DNA of 64,000 nt from an uncultured Gammaproteobacteria bacterium (GCA_942492025.1 CALODJ010000003.1:451841-515840); one strand, 5' to 3'; numbered from the stretch's first letter, positions 10,948-21,469 are shown. Notes: generated from the sequence alone by a model not told the origin. Made by a program: numbers and translations.

Positions 10948-11709
10948 TCAAATAATGCCTTCAAACCACGCCACGATTTGATCAGCAACGAACGCAGCGT
11001 CATCCTTGTTCGAGAGCAAGTGGTCTGCCTTGTCCAGCGTAATGATGCGTGATGGGCCTTTGGTCCATGCCTTGATCGCGTCAGCGTTGTCGCCATCAAC
11101 CAGCTCGTCGTGCAACACCTTGATAATCAGCACCGGTTTGTCCAGTAAGGCCAGGCGTTGCTGCATATCATACTGACGCAAGTCCTCGATAAACTGCGGT
11201 TCGATATCATAATGCCGACCTGCAACTTCGATGCTGGCGGCGATACCCTGTTCCAGCAGGGTCAATGCATGGCCAAAGTGATGCAGCACATGGGCGGGCT
11301 GGCTGGGCGAGGCAATGGTGACGATGGCCTTGACACTTTCGATATCGATGGCCGCTTCGAGCATGGCTGTGCCACCGAGACTGTGACCGATCAGTAGTGA
11401 CGGTGCGGCGTAGTGCTCGCGCAGATAGTCGACCGCCGCTTTCACATCGGCAACATCTGCTGTGAAATTGGACTGTGCAAAGTCACCCGCACTGTTACCG
11501 AGTCCGGTGAAATCGAAGCGAAGCACGGCAACCCCCTGCATGGCCAGCAGTCGGCTGATACGAAACACTGTGATGGTATCTTTGCTGCAGGTAAAACAAT
11601 GACTCGCAACGGCATAGGCCAGGGGTGTATCAACAGGGGATTCCAGCCTGGCATCCAGGGCGTGACCAGCACCGCCGATAAATCTTGCTTTCAGGCTTTG
11701 TGTTTTCAA
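10948..11709 (-). CDS. Alpha/beta-fold hydrolase (esterase/lipase family).
   Basis: GHSLGG nucleophile elbow and an HG-type oxyanion region. Confidence 0.75.
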   Translation of the reverse strand: MKTQSLKARFIGGAGHALDARLESPVDTPLAYAVASHCFTCSKDTITVFRISRLLAMQGVAVLRFDFTGLGNSAGDFAQSNFTADVADVKAAVDYLREHYAAPSLLIGHSLGGTAMLEAAIDIESVKAIVTIASPSQPAHVLHHFGHALTLLEQGIAASIEVAGRHYDIEPQFIEDLRQYDMQQRLALLDKPVLIIKVLHDELVDGDNADAIKAWTKGPSRIITLDKADHLLSNKDDAAFVADQIVAWFEGII

Positions 11710-11784
11710 AAAGCGTAGTATCCTGGGGGCATGACTACTTAGTCGTTAAAGCCTATTCTACGTGAGCAAACGCACGATAAGAAA

Positions 11785-12192
11785 GTGGATCGGAGACATC
11801 TAATGAGCCAGACAAGTTTACCCAACGACCGCATGCCCGTGTTGCGTGTGCCAGCCCGACCACGTGATGCCAACATGGGTGGCACGATCTTCGGTGGCTG
11901 GATCATGTCGCATGTCGACATCGCAGGCAGCATTCCTGCACTGGTGCGAGCCCGAGGTGCTGTGGTTACGCGGGCGGTGGATTCGTTTGAATTCAAAAAA
12001 CCGGTATACATCGGTGATCTGGTCAGTTGTTTTGCAGATGTGGTATCGACCGGTAAAACATCGATGAAGGTGAAGGTCGAGGTGTACGCCGAGCGTATGC
12101 ATCAAGGTGTGATGGATTGTGTAAAAGTGACCGAGGCAACACTGGTCTATGTGGCCATTGACGGGGAGGGAAGACCGAGGCCGCTGCCCTGA
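11785..12192 (+). CDS. yciA: Acyl-CoA thioester hydrolase, YciA-like (hotdog fold).
   Basis: RPRDANMGGTIFGGWIMSHVDIAGSIPA matches the YciA N-terminal consensus. Confidence 0.7.
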   Translation: MDRRHLMSQTSLPNDRMPVLRVPARPRDANMGGTIFGGWIMSHVDIAGSIPALVRARGAVVTRAVDSFEFKKPVYIGDLVSCFADVVSTGKTSMKVKVEVYAERMHQGVMDCVKVTEATLVYVAIDGEGRPRPLP

Positions 12193-12277
12193 ATACAGGG
12201 CGCACAGGCACGCTGCATAAGCGTTTTGTAATATATGTCCGTGCGTGTATGATCAAAATAAAACATTAGGAGGATGC

Positions 12278-13636
12278 ATGAGGAAATCTATAATAAATAA
12301 CTCATCCTTGGTGCTTGGCCTGTGTCTGGCAGTTTATTCCACGCAATCACATTCGTCCGGTTTTGCGCTGATCGAAAACAGTGCCAGCGGCCAGGGTAAT
12401 GCTTTCGCCGGTGCTGCTGCCGCTGCCGAAGATGCCTCGACGATCTGGTTCAATCCTGCCGGTATGATGAAGATAAAGGATGACCAGATATTGATCGCGG
12501 GTCATTACATAGCGCCGAAATCATCATTCACCAATGGTAATTCGGTTGATGCTTCCGGCACGCCACTGACGGGACCGGATGATGACGGCGGTATCGATGC
12601 CTTTGTGGCCAACTTCTACTGGATGATGGGCCTGGCTGACAACATGAAAGTCGGCCTCGGTATTACCACGCCGTTTGGTTTGACGACGATCTATGATGAT
12701 ACCTGGAAGGGACGTTATCATGCCGTCGAATCCGATCTCAGAACCATCAATTTCAATCCGAGCATTGCGTATCAGGTCAATGACAAATTGTCGTTAGGTG
12801 GCGGTGTCAATCTGATGCTGGCGGATGTAACCTTGACCAGCGCCGTTGATTTCGGCGCGCTCTGTTATGCGGCGTTGAATCCAGCAACCTGCACGGCGCT
12901 GGGCAACACCCCACAAGGTAGCGATGGCTTCGGTGATCTGACGGCCGATAATTTCAGTGACCTGGGTTGGGGGCTCAATCTGGGATTGATGTACGACTTT
13001 ACGCCATCGACACGGATGGGCGTTGCCTGGCGCTCTGAAACCAAGATCAAGGTCGACGGTGACGCTAAATTCAAGGTGCCAGCCACGGCCTCGTTTGCAC
13101 CGTCCCTTGGCATTTTCATCGATAGCGGTATCAAGGCCGAAGTGACCCTGCCGCAATCGTTTTCGGTCAGTCTTGCCCACGAGCGAGATAAATGGACATG
13201 GCTGGCCGACATCACCTGGACAGGCTGGAGCTCTTTTCAGGAGTTACGCATCAAGTACGATAACCCGAACCAGCCGGATACGGTCACCACAGAAGACTGG
13301 AATGACACCTTCCGTTACTCAGTGGGAGCCGATTACACCCTGAACACGAAATGGACCCTCCGGGGTGGGCTGGCCTATGATGAAACGCCGATACCCAGCG
13401 CCGAACGACGCACTCCACGTATACCCGACAACAGCCGCACCTGGTTGTCACTGGGTGCAGGCTATACCATAAACTCGTCGTTCATCGTCGATGTCGGCTA
13501 CTCCCATTTGTTCATCAGTGATACACCTATCAACAACACACTGGAAAACACGAGCTGTTGCCTGCCAGCAACGCTCAATGGAACCTACACGTCCTCGGTC
13601 GATATTCTCAGCGCCCAGTTACGCTGGAATTACTAG
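12278..13636 (+). CDS. fadL: Long-chain fatty acid outer-membrane transporter, FadL/TodX family.
   Basis: Signal peptide, then SGFALIENSASGQGNAFAGAAA...NPAGM. The beta-barrel ends in an aromatic residue. An AGGAGG RBS lies upstream. Confidence 0.85.
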   Translation: MRKSIINNSSLVLGLCLAVYSTQSHSSGFALIENSASGQGNAFAGAAAAAEDASTIWFNPAGMMKIKDDQILIAGHYIAPKSSFTNGNSVDASGTPLTGPDDDGGIDAFVANFYWMMGLADNMKVGLGITTPFGLTTIYDDTWKGRYHAVESDLRTINFNPSIAYQVNDKLSLGGGVNLMLADVTLTSAVDFGALCYAALNPATCTALGNTPQGSDGFGDLTADNFSDLGWGLNLGLMYDFTPSTRMGVAWRSETKIKVDGDAKFKVPATASFAPSLGIFIDSGIKAEVTLPQSFSVSLAHERDKWTWLADITWTGWSSFQELRIKYDNPNQPDTVTTEDWNDTFRYSVGADYTLNTKWTLRGGLAYDETPIPSAERRTPRIPDNSRTWLSLGAGYTINSSFIVDVGYSHLFISDTPINNTLENTSCCLPATLNGTYTSSVDILSAQLRWNY

Positions 13637-13647
13637 AGGGGGCAGCG

Positions 13648-15951
13648 ATGAAGATAGAAAGCACAGGAGAACAAAACATGGTTTCGCCATACAGAGTCAT
13701 ACAACTGCTGGCCGCTGGGTTGACCGCGGTGCTGCTCTCGGCCTGTGACACCGACAAGCCGACGACGCTGCAGGACTCGATTGTTACCGTTGGACCGGTC
13801 AGCGTCTATGACCTGTCCGCGAGTGTGATACCGTTTCCGAATGATCTACTGTTTCAGGGAACGGCGGACGGTACCATCAATATACCGGTTGCGGATGAAA
13901 GCGATTTATCCGATCCACAGGTGGCGATCAACGGTGTTGATGGCTTTTCGACAGTCGCGCCAATGAGCACAGGCTTTTCCCGAGCACTGGATCCCAACTC
14001 GATCAACGGCACCTCAGTGCGCGTTTATGAAGTCGTCAAGGCCAACGGCGCGGGTAGTCTGGGACCGGACCCGTCAGGGCCTGTTGGTCCGATCGTTGCC
14101 TATGTTCGCAAGTTACAATACGGTACGGAGTATATTGCAACCCTCTCTAGTGTGGACGCTACAAACAGTACGTTGGTGATCGCTCCCCTGGAGCCGCTCA
14201 AACCCAGCACCAGTACGTCGATGTCCAGCTATGCTGTGTTGATAACCGATGATTTGAAAGGTACTGACGGCAAACCGGTCGCGATTTCCACGTCCTATCT
14301 TTTGACCAGGGGTTCAGAACCGATCGCCGATCTTGCGGCAACTGCGCCGTACACTGCCGATGATATTTTTGTCAATGTGCTGAAGCCGGAGGCAGATGCC
14401 ACTCAGGACGAGATCGATCAAGCTTACAGCGATGCGGCTACGCTGGAACTGCTGCGTTCCCGTGTGGTGAATCCATCCGAGGCCATCCTGGTCGCAAACG
14501 ATGCCGACACGATCGTATCGAGCGATGTTATCCTGCACTGGACCTTCACCGTGCAGTCGGTTGACGACGTACTGAACGCCACCCGCACGCAGGTACGTGG
14601 CATCACAGCCGTATCGGGTTTTGCGGATCCACCCACCGGCCCGGTCGATTCACCACTGGGCGCTGCCAGTATCAAGGTGGGCGTTCTGCAAGTGCCCTAC
14701 TACCTGACAGCTTCTGATACATCGGTTAGCCCGAGCAACGATCCGACAGCGTTGACTTCTTTCTGGCAGGGGCCCGGGCCCTCCTATCTGTCCTACCTGG
14801 CGGCCAACCTGACGCCAGTGGAAACATCGACACAAACGCTTCCGGTAGTTGTTTCGATACCCAAAACAGCAGGTGGAGCCTGCGGCGGCACGGTTCCTGT
14901 TGAGGGCTGGCCCGTGGTGATATTTCAGCATGGCATTACCCGTAACCGGGCCGACATGCTCGCAGTCGCTGATTCGCTCGCACTGGCGTGCATGGCTGTT
15001 GTGGCCATCGACATGCCGATGCATGGCATTACCGGTAACGAAACTGGCCTCACTGCAGCCTTCAAGAACCCGGCAGTCAATGGTGGTGAGCGCACCTTTG
15101 ATCTCGATCTTGTTACCCAGGATACTGATGGCAACATTACTGCCCAGTTACCGGACGGTGTCATCGACACCTCGGGTATACATTATATTAACCTGACCAA
15201 CCTGCAAAATACGCGCGATAATGTGCGCCAGGGCGTGTCCGATTTGTTCATGCTGGTTCATGCGATTGAATCGGGGGTCGTTAGCGATGGCATCAACACC
15301 ATGAATGCCTCGAGAATATATTTTCTCGGCCACTCGCTGGGAGCCATCGTAGGCACCACCTTCACCGCAGTTGAGCGCAATGTCAGAGACGCGGCGTTTG
15401 CCTTCGGCGGATCAAGCCTGCCGAAGATTCTCGATGGTTCTGCGACATTTGGCCCCCCCATCACTGCCGGACTCGCCGCTAACGGCATCGACAAGGGTAC
15501 ACCGGACTACGAATCCTTTATTGGTGCAGCGCAGACTGTGGTCGATTCCGGCGATCCGGTGAATCATGCGTTCGATGCTGCCAATGGCAGGGGCATATTG
15601 TTTTTCGAAATCGTCGGTGATGGTACTGCAGACAATCCCTCCGATCTCGTCGTGCCGAATACCGTACCGGACAGTAACGACACCAGCGGAACGGTGGCTG
15701 CTCCGCTGGCAGGGACCGAACCACAACTCAAGCTAATGGGGCTGACCCAGCAAAACAGTTCGACCTCAGGCACCAATCTTAGGGTGGTGACCAAGTACAT
15801 TGCTGGCGCCCATGCTTCATTGCTCGATCCTGGCCCGAACGCAGCGGTTACAACTGAAATACAAACCCAGGCGGCCAACTTCCTGGCCAGCGATGGTGAC
15901 AATCTCGTTGTCACTGACCCGAGCGTGTTACAGGTGCCGCCTGCGCCCTGA
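13648..15951 (+). CDS. Large surface lipoprotein lipase/lysophospholipase, VolA-like.
   Basis: Lipobox LLSAC and the serine hydrolase motif FLGHSLGA. The ~770-aa size and the position immediately downstream of fadL match the Vibrio VolA arrangement. Confidence 0.6.
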   Translation: MKIESTGEQNMVSPYRVIQLLAAGLTAVLLSACDTDKPTTLQDSIVTVGPVSVYDLSASVIPFPNDLLFQGTADGTINIPVADESDLSDPQVAINGVDGFSTVAPMSTGFSRALDPNSINGTSVRVYEVVKANGAGSLGPDPSGPVGPIVAYVRKLQYGTEYIATLSSVDATNSTLVIAPLEPLKPSTSTSMSSYAVLITDDLKGTDGKPVAISTSYLLTRGSEPIADLAATAPYTADDIFVNVLKPEADATQDEIDQAYSDAATLELLRSRVVNPSEAILVANDADTIVSSDVILHWTFTVQSVDDVLNATRTQVRGITAVSGFADPPTGPVDSPLGAASIKVGVLQVPYYLTASDTSVSPSNDPTALTSFWQGPGPSYLSYLAANLTPVETSTQTLPVVVSIPKTAGGACGGTVPVEGWPVVIFQHGITRNRADMLAVADSLALACMAVVAIDMPMHGITGNETGLTAAFKNPAVNGGERTFDLDLVTQDTDGNITAQLPDGVIDTSGIHYINLTNLQNTRDNVRQGVSDLFMLVHAIESGVVSDGINTMNASRIYFLGHSLGAIVGTTFTAVERNVRDAAFAFGGSSLPKILDGSATFGPPITAGLAANGIDKGTPDYESFIGAAQTVVDSGDPVNHAFDAANGRGILFFEIVGDGTADNPSDLVVPNTVPDSNDTSGTVAAPLAGTEPQLKLMGLTQQNSSTSGTNLRVVTKYIAGAHASLLDPGPNAAVTTEIQTQAANFLASDGDNLVVTDPSVLQVPPAP

Positions 15952-15974
15952 GAAGAATCATTCATTGTCTTAGC

Positions 15975-16004
15975 AAAGCCCTCTCCGGAGGGCTTTTTTT
16001 TTTG
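15975..16004 (+). terminator. Rho-independent terminator.
   Basis: AAAGCCCTCTCCGGAGGGCTTTTTTTTTT. Confidence 0.85.
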
Positions 16005-16100
16005 GCAAGTACAAATGCCAAACAACGCAAAGACACAAAGACATCGCTATGCGAAGGAATGCTGGTACAGCTACCTGCGCCTGAGTTGAGTCCCGTGCAG

Positions 16101-16176
16101 CGTAGGGTGCGCCGTGCGCACCATCGAGCTGGATTTTGCTGAACTGCCGGGATCGCGGTGCGCACGGCGCACCCTA
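16101..16176. repeat. REP-like palindromic element.
   Basis: The same GTAGGGTGCGCCGTGCGCACC / reverse-complement pair as at 10843. Confidence 0.8.
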
Positions 16177-16191
16177 CGGGTTGGCTTCGAA

Positions 16192-16680
16192 CTATTGCCG
16201 CAATCGCCACGCAGGTCGGTTATCGTCGTCAATGAGTCTGTATCGGCGCAACCACGCAACCACATCCTCTGCATCCAGTTCAAACCAGGCCTGGCTCGAA
16301 CCCAGTCTGAATGAATAACCCCATTCATCCATATCACGGAACATGCGTTGCCTGCCCATTTCCGGGATATGATCTGACAACAGAATCTGCAAATAACAGA
16401 CACCGTTCTCTTCCTCGTAGTCACCGCCGGCATCGGTATCGAGCTTGTTCCTGCGATGCTGGTCCATGCAGATGTAGTGGCAGGCTTCATGCAGGGCGGA
16501 ATGCACCGGGGTGTCATTACGAACAAAAAGAATATTGCCGGCGAGGCCGGCTTCCGGTGGCCGCCAAAAACTGCCGGGGATGGGATTGTTCGCAGCAACC
16601 CCTTTCACCACCATGCCATAACGCTCGAGCAGGTGTTGAAGGGTGCCAGGATTAATTTGGTTATAAAGCAGAACAGGCAT
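16192..16680 (-). CDS. Hypothetical small protein with an HEXXH motif (putative zinc-dependent peptidase/hydrolase).
   Basis: HEACHYICMD in a 162-aa ORF. No family was assigned. Confidence 0.45.
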   Translation of the reverse strand: MPVLLYNQINPGTLQHLLERYGMVVKGVAANNPIPGSFWRPPEAGLAGNILFVRNDTPVHSALHEACHYICMDQHRRNKLDTDAGGDYEEENGVCYLQILLSDHIPEMGRQRMFRDMDEWGYSFRLGSSQAWFELDAEDVVAWLRRYRLIDDDNRPAWRLRQ

Positions 16681-16878
16681 GGATGTACAGCAACGAAGAA
16701 GCAGGAAAAGAACAATATTATTCTGTCCGCGAAAAACGCAAATGACCCTTATGTAAAAATATTAACTGTAACCGTCTGGATTTGATCTGACAGTACTGTC
16801 AACTGCTCTCGATTAGGCCTGACACTGCCTATGCAGTCAAAAACACTATCACATTGTTGTAATAGTGAAATAATGACT

Positions 16879-16945
16879 GTAGGGTGCGCCGTGCGCACCG
16901 AGACTGGGTAACACACTTGAATTTCGCGGTGCGCACGGTGCACCC
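16879..16945. repeat. REP-like palindromic element (slightly degenerate).
   Basis: GTAGGGTGCGCCGTGCGCACC ... GGTGCGCACGGTGCACCCC. Confidence 0.7.
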
Positions 16946-17097
16946 CGCGATCGGTCCATTCAGCTGTCAGTTAATGTCTGAGTCTTTCTTCTGATCTGTA
17001 AGATCAGATCTGAGTCACTATATTTGTATTTCGCGTCTAAAGTCGCGCCTACAACTAACGAGAATGCTCTGTGCCCTCCGTGCCTCTGTGGTGAATA

Positions 17098-17709
17098 TCA
17101 AATATATTTATGTTTTTTGAACTCTTCCAACATCGCATTCAGTGCGATGGCACGGTGGCTGATCGTGTTCTTGACTTCGAGTGGCAGTTCCCCACCCGAG
17201 CATTCGTGTGTGGGCACATAAAAAATCGGATCATAACCAAAACCGCCGTCACCTCGTGGTGCTTCCAGTATGCGGCCTTCCCAGCTGCCCTGGGTAATGA
17301 TGGGCACCGGGTCGGTGTGATCACGCATGAAAACGAGCAGGCATTGATAGCGTGCGGTGCGCTCTGCTTCGGCCACACCCTCGAGTTCCTTGAGTATTTT
17401 ATCGTTATTGTCCGTATCACTGGCATTCTCTCCGGCATAGCGCGCTGACCACACACCCGGTCGGGCGTGCAAGGCATCCACTTCGATCCCTGAGTCATCC
17501 GCAATCGCCGGTAAACCGGTGCACTCTGCCGCATGTCGCGCCTTGATGATTGCGTTTTCAACAAAGGTGGTTCCGGTCTCTGCTACATCAGGCACATTGA
17601 AATCTGACTGGGGCACGACCTCGATGCCACAATCGGCAAACAGTCTGTTGATTTCTCGAACCTTGCCGGCATTGCCGCTAGCAAGAACGATTTTATTCAA
17701 GGTAGTCAT
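17098..17709 (-). CDS. rdgB: Non-canonical purine NTP pyrophosphatase (dITP/XTPase, Ham1 family).
   Basis: [15 protein letters not shown]-terminus and an FGYDPIF motif. Confidence 0.9.
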   Translation of the reverse strand: MTTLNKIVLASGNAGKVREINRLFADCGIEVVPQSDFNVPDVAETGTTFVENAIIKARHAAECTGLPAIADDSGIEVDALHARPGVWSARYAGENASDTDNNDKILKELEGVAEAERTARYQCLLVFMRDHTDPVPIITQGSWEGRILEAPRGDGGFGYDPIFYVPTHECSGGELPLEVKNTISHRAIALNAMLEEFKKHKYI

Positions 17710-18422
17710 GATTGAATCGCATCCTGTTGTGCTTGCAGAATTCTACCAATACCCTGCTTTGCCAGCGCCAGCATGGCGTTGAGTTCATCGATAGTAAACG
17801 CGTGGCCTTCTGCAGTACCCTGAATTTCGATAAAGGCGTCATTGCTGTTCATGACGACATTCATGTCTGTTTCTGCATTGGAGTCCTCCGCATAGTCAAG
17901 ATCGAGGATCGGTGTGCCTTCATAGATACCGACCGATACCGATGCGATCCGGTGATGCAAGGGGTCCTTGTCGAGCATCTTCTCCTGTTGCATGAACGTG
18001 ACGGCGTCATGCAGCGCGACCCAGGCACCGGATATGCTGGCCGTACGTGTACCTCCGTCAGCCTGCAGTACATCACAGTCGAGGCTGATGGTGTTTTCGC
18101 CTAGCGCTTCCATGTTGATACCGGCTCTCAACGATCGACCGATCAGGCGCTGGATCTCCATGGTGCGCCCGCCTTGTTTGCCGCGCGCGGCCTCGCGACC
18201 CATACGGCTGCCTGTCGAGCGTGGCAGCATGCCATATTCGGCCGTGACCCAGCCCCGGCCCTGACCACGCAGAAAACCGGGCACGCGGTCTTCGACGGAA
18301 GCGGTGCAAACGACCTTGGTGTCGCCAAATTCAACCAGAACCGAGCCTTCAGCATGTTTGGTGAAATTACGGGTTATCTTGATGTTACGCATTTCATCAG
18401 CGGCGCGCTTGCTCGGTCTCAT
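17706..18422 (-). CDS. rph: Ribonuclease PH.
   Basis: [37 protein letters not shown]. Its stop overlaps the rdgB start. Confidence 0.92.
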   Translation of the reverse strand: MRPSKRAADEMRNIKITRNFTKHAEGSVLVEFGDTKVVCTASVEDRVPGFLRGQGRGWVTAEYGMLPRSTGSRMGREAARGKQGGRTMEIQRLIGRSLRAGINMEALGENTISLDCDVLQADGGTRTASISGAWVALHDAVTFMQQEKMLDKDPLHHRIASVSVGIYEGTPILDLDYAEDSNAETDMNVVMNSNDAFIEIQGTAEGHAFTIDELNAMLALAKQGIGRILQAQQDAIQS

Positions 18423-18526
18423 TCTGTTCTCCGTATCATTCAGTGCGGCGCATTATAACAACACGGCAAGATGAATGTGCGTGTTACAATGGCGCACGAT
18501 AAGGTTCAGTGTCAACGGGGTTGTCG

Positions 18527-19393
18527 ATGATAAAAAGTATGACTGCATTCGCGCGTGTGCAGAAGAGTGAAAAGTTTGGCACGCTGACCTGGGAGCTGAG
18601 ATCGGTCAACAGTCGTTATCTCGATATCAATTGCAGATTGCCGGAAGATTTCCGGGCTCAGGAAGGCCGTGTACGCGAGTGTATCAACACGCGCCTGCAG
18701 CGTGGCAAGATCGAATGTGGACTTCGATTCATGCCCGAGCTGGCCATTGAAACCGGGATCGAAGTCAATGCCGCTTTGGTCAAATCCCTGATCGACGCCT
18801 GCCAGCAAATCAATACCCGTTTACACCAGCCTTCGGAAATCAATCCGGTTGATATACTCAGCTGGCCCGGCGTGGTGGCAGAGCCGGAACAGGATTTCAA
18901 GGTCATATACGCAGTATCCGAGAAGCTGTTGCAACACGCGTTGGATGAGTTGGTCGCCAACAGGTTGCGTGAAGGCGAACGCATGCGTGAACTCATACAG
19001 AAGCGTTGCGCCAGCATGCAGCAAATTGTTGCTGATGTCAGACAGCAACTGCCGCAAATACAGCAACGCTATCGTGAAAAACTGACGGCCAGACTCGAAG
19101 AACTGAATACCGGTGTCGAACAGGATCGCCTGGAGCAGGAACTGGTGTTTCTCGCACAGAAGATGGACGTGGATGAAGAACTGGATCGCCTGGAAGCGCA
19201 CCTTGGGGAGCTTTGTGATGTACTCGATCGCGAAGAGGCGGTGGGAAGGCGGCTGGATTTTCTGATGCAGGAGCTGAACCGTGAAGCCAACACCCTGGGG
19301 TCAAAGTCGGCGGATATCTCCACCACCCAGGCATCGGTGGAACTGAAAGTATTGATCGAACAGATGCGCGAGCAGATTCAGAATATTGAGTGA
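18527..19393 (+). CDS. yicC: YicC-family stress-induced protein.
   Basis: MIKSMTAFAR N-terminus and a C-terminal DUF1732 region. Confidence 0.8.
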   Translation: MIKSMTAFARVQKSEKFGTLTWELRSVNSRYLDINCRLPEDFRAQEGRVRECINTRLQRGKIECGLRFMPELAIETGIEVNAALVKSLIDACQQINTRLHQPSEINPVDILSWPGVVAEPEQDFKVIYAVSEKLLQHALDELVANRLREGERMRELIQKRCASMQQIVADVRQQLPQIQQRYREKLTARLEELNTGVEQDRLEQELVFLAQKMDVDEELDRLEAHLGELCDVLDREEAVGRRLDFLMQELNREANTLGSKSADISTTQASVELKVLIEQMREQIQNIE

Positions 19394-19576
19394 TTGTTGT
19401 TGACGCGAAGGCGCGAAGACATAAATAGTACAGAACTTATGTGATAAGGTTTTGAGTCCGCAAGTGAACGCGAATGTTCGATGCTCTACAGGCGCTATGC
19501 TGGAGATAACGGCCATTGCATTTCCGGTTTTATGCTGCTCGCCTCCAACGTTATAGTTACGAGGTTCAAATACACC

Positions 19577-21469
19577 CTAACTTTTGTTTATAACCAGTCC
19601 GGTTGCCTTTTCCTCCGGAATCATTGTCAGTGCCTCCTCAACCACAGCTTGAGGTGTTTCGCCGGCTTCAACAACCAGGACAACCTGTCCCACCAGGCCT
19701 GCCAGGACAGGCGTCTCAGGTGTGCGCAATACGGGTGGCCCATCGAAAATAATCACGTGATCGGCATAACGCGAGGCCATTTCATCCACAAGGCTGGCCA
19801 TGCGTTGACTTGCTAACAACTCGGTAACATGCTCATGATGCTTCCCCGCTGAGAGCAGGCTCAAGCGTGGAATGTCTGTCCGTCGGATCACATCTGCAAC
19901 AGTAAGATTTTTGTCTTCAAGGACATCGACCAGACCTCTTTCTTCACCCAGATTCAATAGTTCGCTGACACCCTTTCTGGTGACATCACAATCCACCAGC
20001 AGAACGCTGTTGTCGCGCTCCTGTGCGATGGAAAGAGCAAGGTTGATGGAGGTGTGCGTTGTGCCTTCACCAGGCATTGAACTGGTTATAAGAATAAGGT
20101 TACCCCGATCTATCAAGGATGCGTTTTTACCGAATGCATTGGACAACAACGGTCTTTTGATACGGCGATATTCATCCGTGAAACCGGGATCGAGATTGCT
20201 ACCGGGTACCAGCATATTCTGTCTGCGTAACAACTCGAATACGGCGACACTGTCAGGACCTGGCGTGTCAGGACCACTTTTACCTTGCGCAGCATCTGCC
20301 GTTTGAAATAAGTTGGCCACTTGCCTGTTGGCTGCAGTGGGGCGTTTCCTGTTTCGCTCAGGAATCAATGCATCAGCGGGAGCTGCGACCTTTGGTGTTT
20401 TTATTTTCGACACCTTGTTGTCTGCACGCTTCAAAGCAACGCCCGTTGCCGTTGTTGTGGGATCTTCCGCCTGCCGTAAACGGGCATCGCCAGACACGGC
20501 GCCATCATTTTTTTGATCGGTGGCCAGAACGGCCTTATGAATGGTTTTTTTTTCAGCCGCTGGTTTCAAACCCTTTGTGCCGCCGCCAGGATTGATCCAC
20601 GGAAAAGTATCGTCATCCCTGCTGCTTGTGTTCTTTTTCTTGTTGGGTTTGACCAGAGGCAGGATACTGTTCTCCATACGCTCACTGATGACTTGCTCGA
20701 TCAAATTAGCATCGATGGTTTTGCATTGGTCGGCGAAGCCGTAAACCATTGCCGTATCGCAGAGCAGGTTGATCAAACGCGGTACGCCATTGCTGGATTC
20801 AGCGATTAACCTGCAGGCATCAGGAGTGAATATATCTTCTGTTGCACCCGCGGTGACCAAACGATGCTGAATGTAATGACAGGCCTCTGCAGTATTCAAC
20901 GCATCAAGATGAAAATCCACCGAGATACGCTGGGCGAACTGCTTCAGTTCCGGCTTCCTCAGTGTATCTTTCAGATCAGGCTGGCCAGCAAGAATAATCT
21001 GTAAAACCAGGTCCTTTTCTGAGTTGATATTCGAAATCATACGCAACTCTTCCAGAGTTGTCGCTGGCATGTTTTGTGCCTCGTCGACGATCAACAACAC
21101 GGTTTTGTTTTTGGCATACTGCTCAAGCAGGAAATCGACGAAACGCTGGTGCATCTCGACCTTGCTCAGGCCGGGCTCATGAATGCCATAAGCGGAAAGC
21201 ACCCAGTCAAGTAATTCACCGAATGACTGATGGGTATTGGTGATCATGCCAATCGTGATATCGTCTTCGAGGGAGGTTAGCAGCTTGCGTAGCAAGGTTG
21301 TTTTGCCGGCGCCAATCTCGCCGGTGATGACACAAAAACCCACGTTGTTCATCTGAGCGTACTCGAGCATGGTGAGTGCGATTCTGTGCTTCTTGCTCAG
21401 ATACAGAAATTCCGGGTCCGGCAATATCGAAAATGGCTTGGTTGTCAAGCCATAAAATGATTCATACAT
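19577..21469 (-). CDS. Fusion protein. The N-terminal part is an ExeA/GspA-like AAA+ ATPase. A low-complexity linker follows, and the C-terminal part is a BY-kinase/MinD-like P-loop domain with a degenerate Walker A.
   Basis: N-terminal GEIGAGKTTLL (Walker A) and LLIVDEAQNM (Walker B). C-terminal ITSSMPGEGTTHTS (the expected GEGKST lysine is absent), LLVDCDVTRKG and HVIIFDGPPV. Confidence 0.7.
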   Translation of the reverse strand: MYESFYGLTTKPFSILPDPEFLYLSKKHRIALTMLEYAQMNNVGFCVITGEIGAGKTTLLRKLLTSLEDDITIGMITNTHQSFGELLDWVLSAYGIHEPGLSKVEMHQRFVDFLLEQYAKNKTVLLIVDEAQNMPATTLEELRMISNINSEKDLVLQIILAGQPDLKDTLRKPELKQFAQRISVDFHLDALNTAEACHYIQHRLVTAGATEDIFTPDACRLIAESSNGVPRLINLLCDTAMVYGFADQCKTIDANLIEQVISERMENSILPLVKPNKKKNTSSRDDDTFPWINPGGGTKGLKPAAEKKTIHKAVLATDQKNDGAVSGDARLRQAEDPTTTATGVALKRADNKVSKIKTPKVAAPADALIPERNRKRPTAANRQVANLFQTADAAQGKSGPDTPGPDSVAVFELLRRQNMLVPGSNLDPGFTDEYRRIKRPLLSNAFGKNASLIDRGNLILITSSMPGEGTTHTSINLALSIAQERDNSVLLVDCDVTRKGVSELLNLGEERGLVDVLEDKNLTVADVIRRTDIPRLSLLSAGKHHEHVTELLASQRMASLVDEMASRYADHVIIFDGPPVLRTPETPVLAGLVGQVVLVVEAGETPQAVVEEALTMIPEEKATGLVINKS

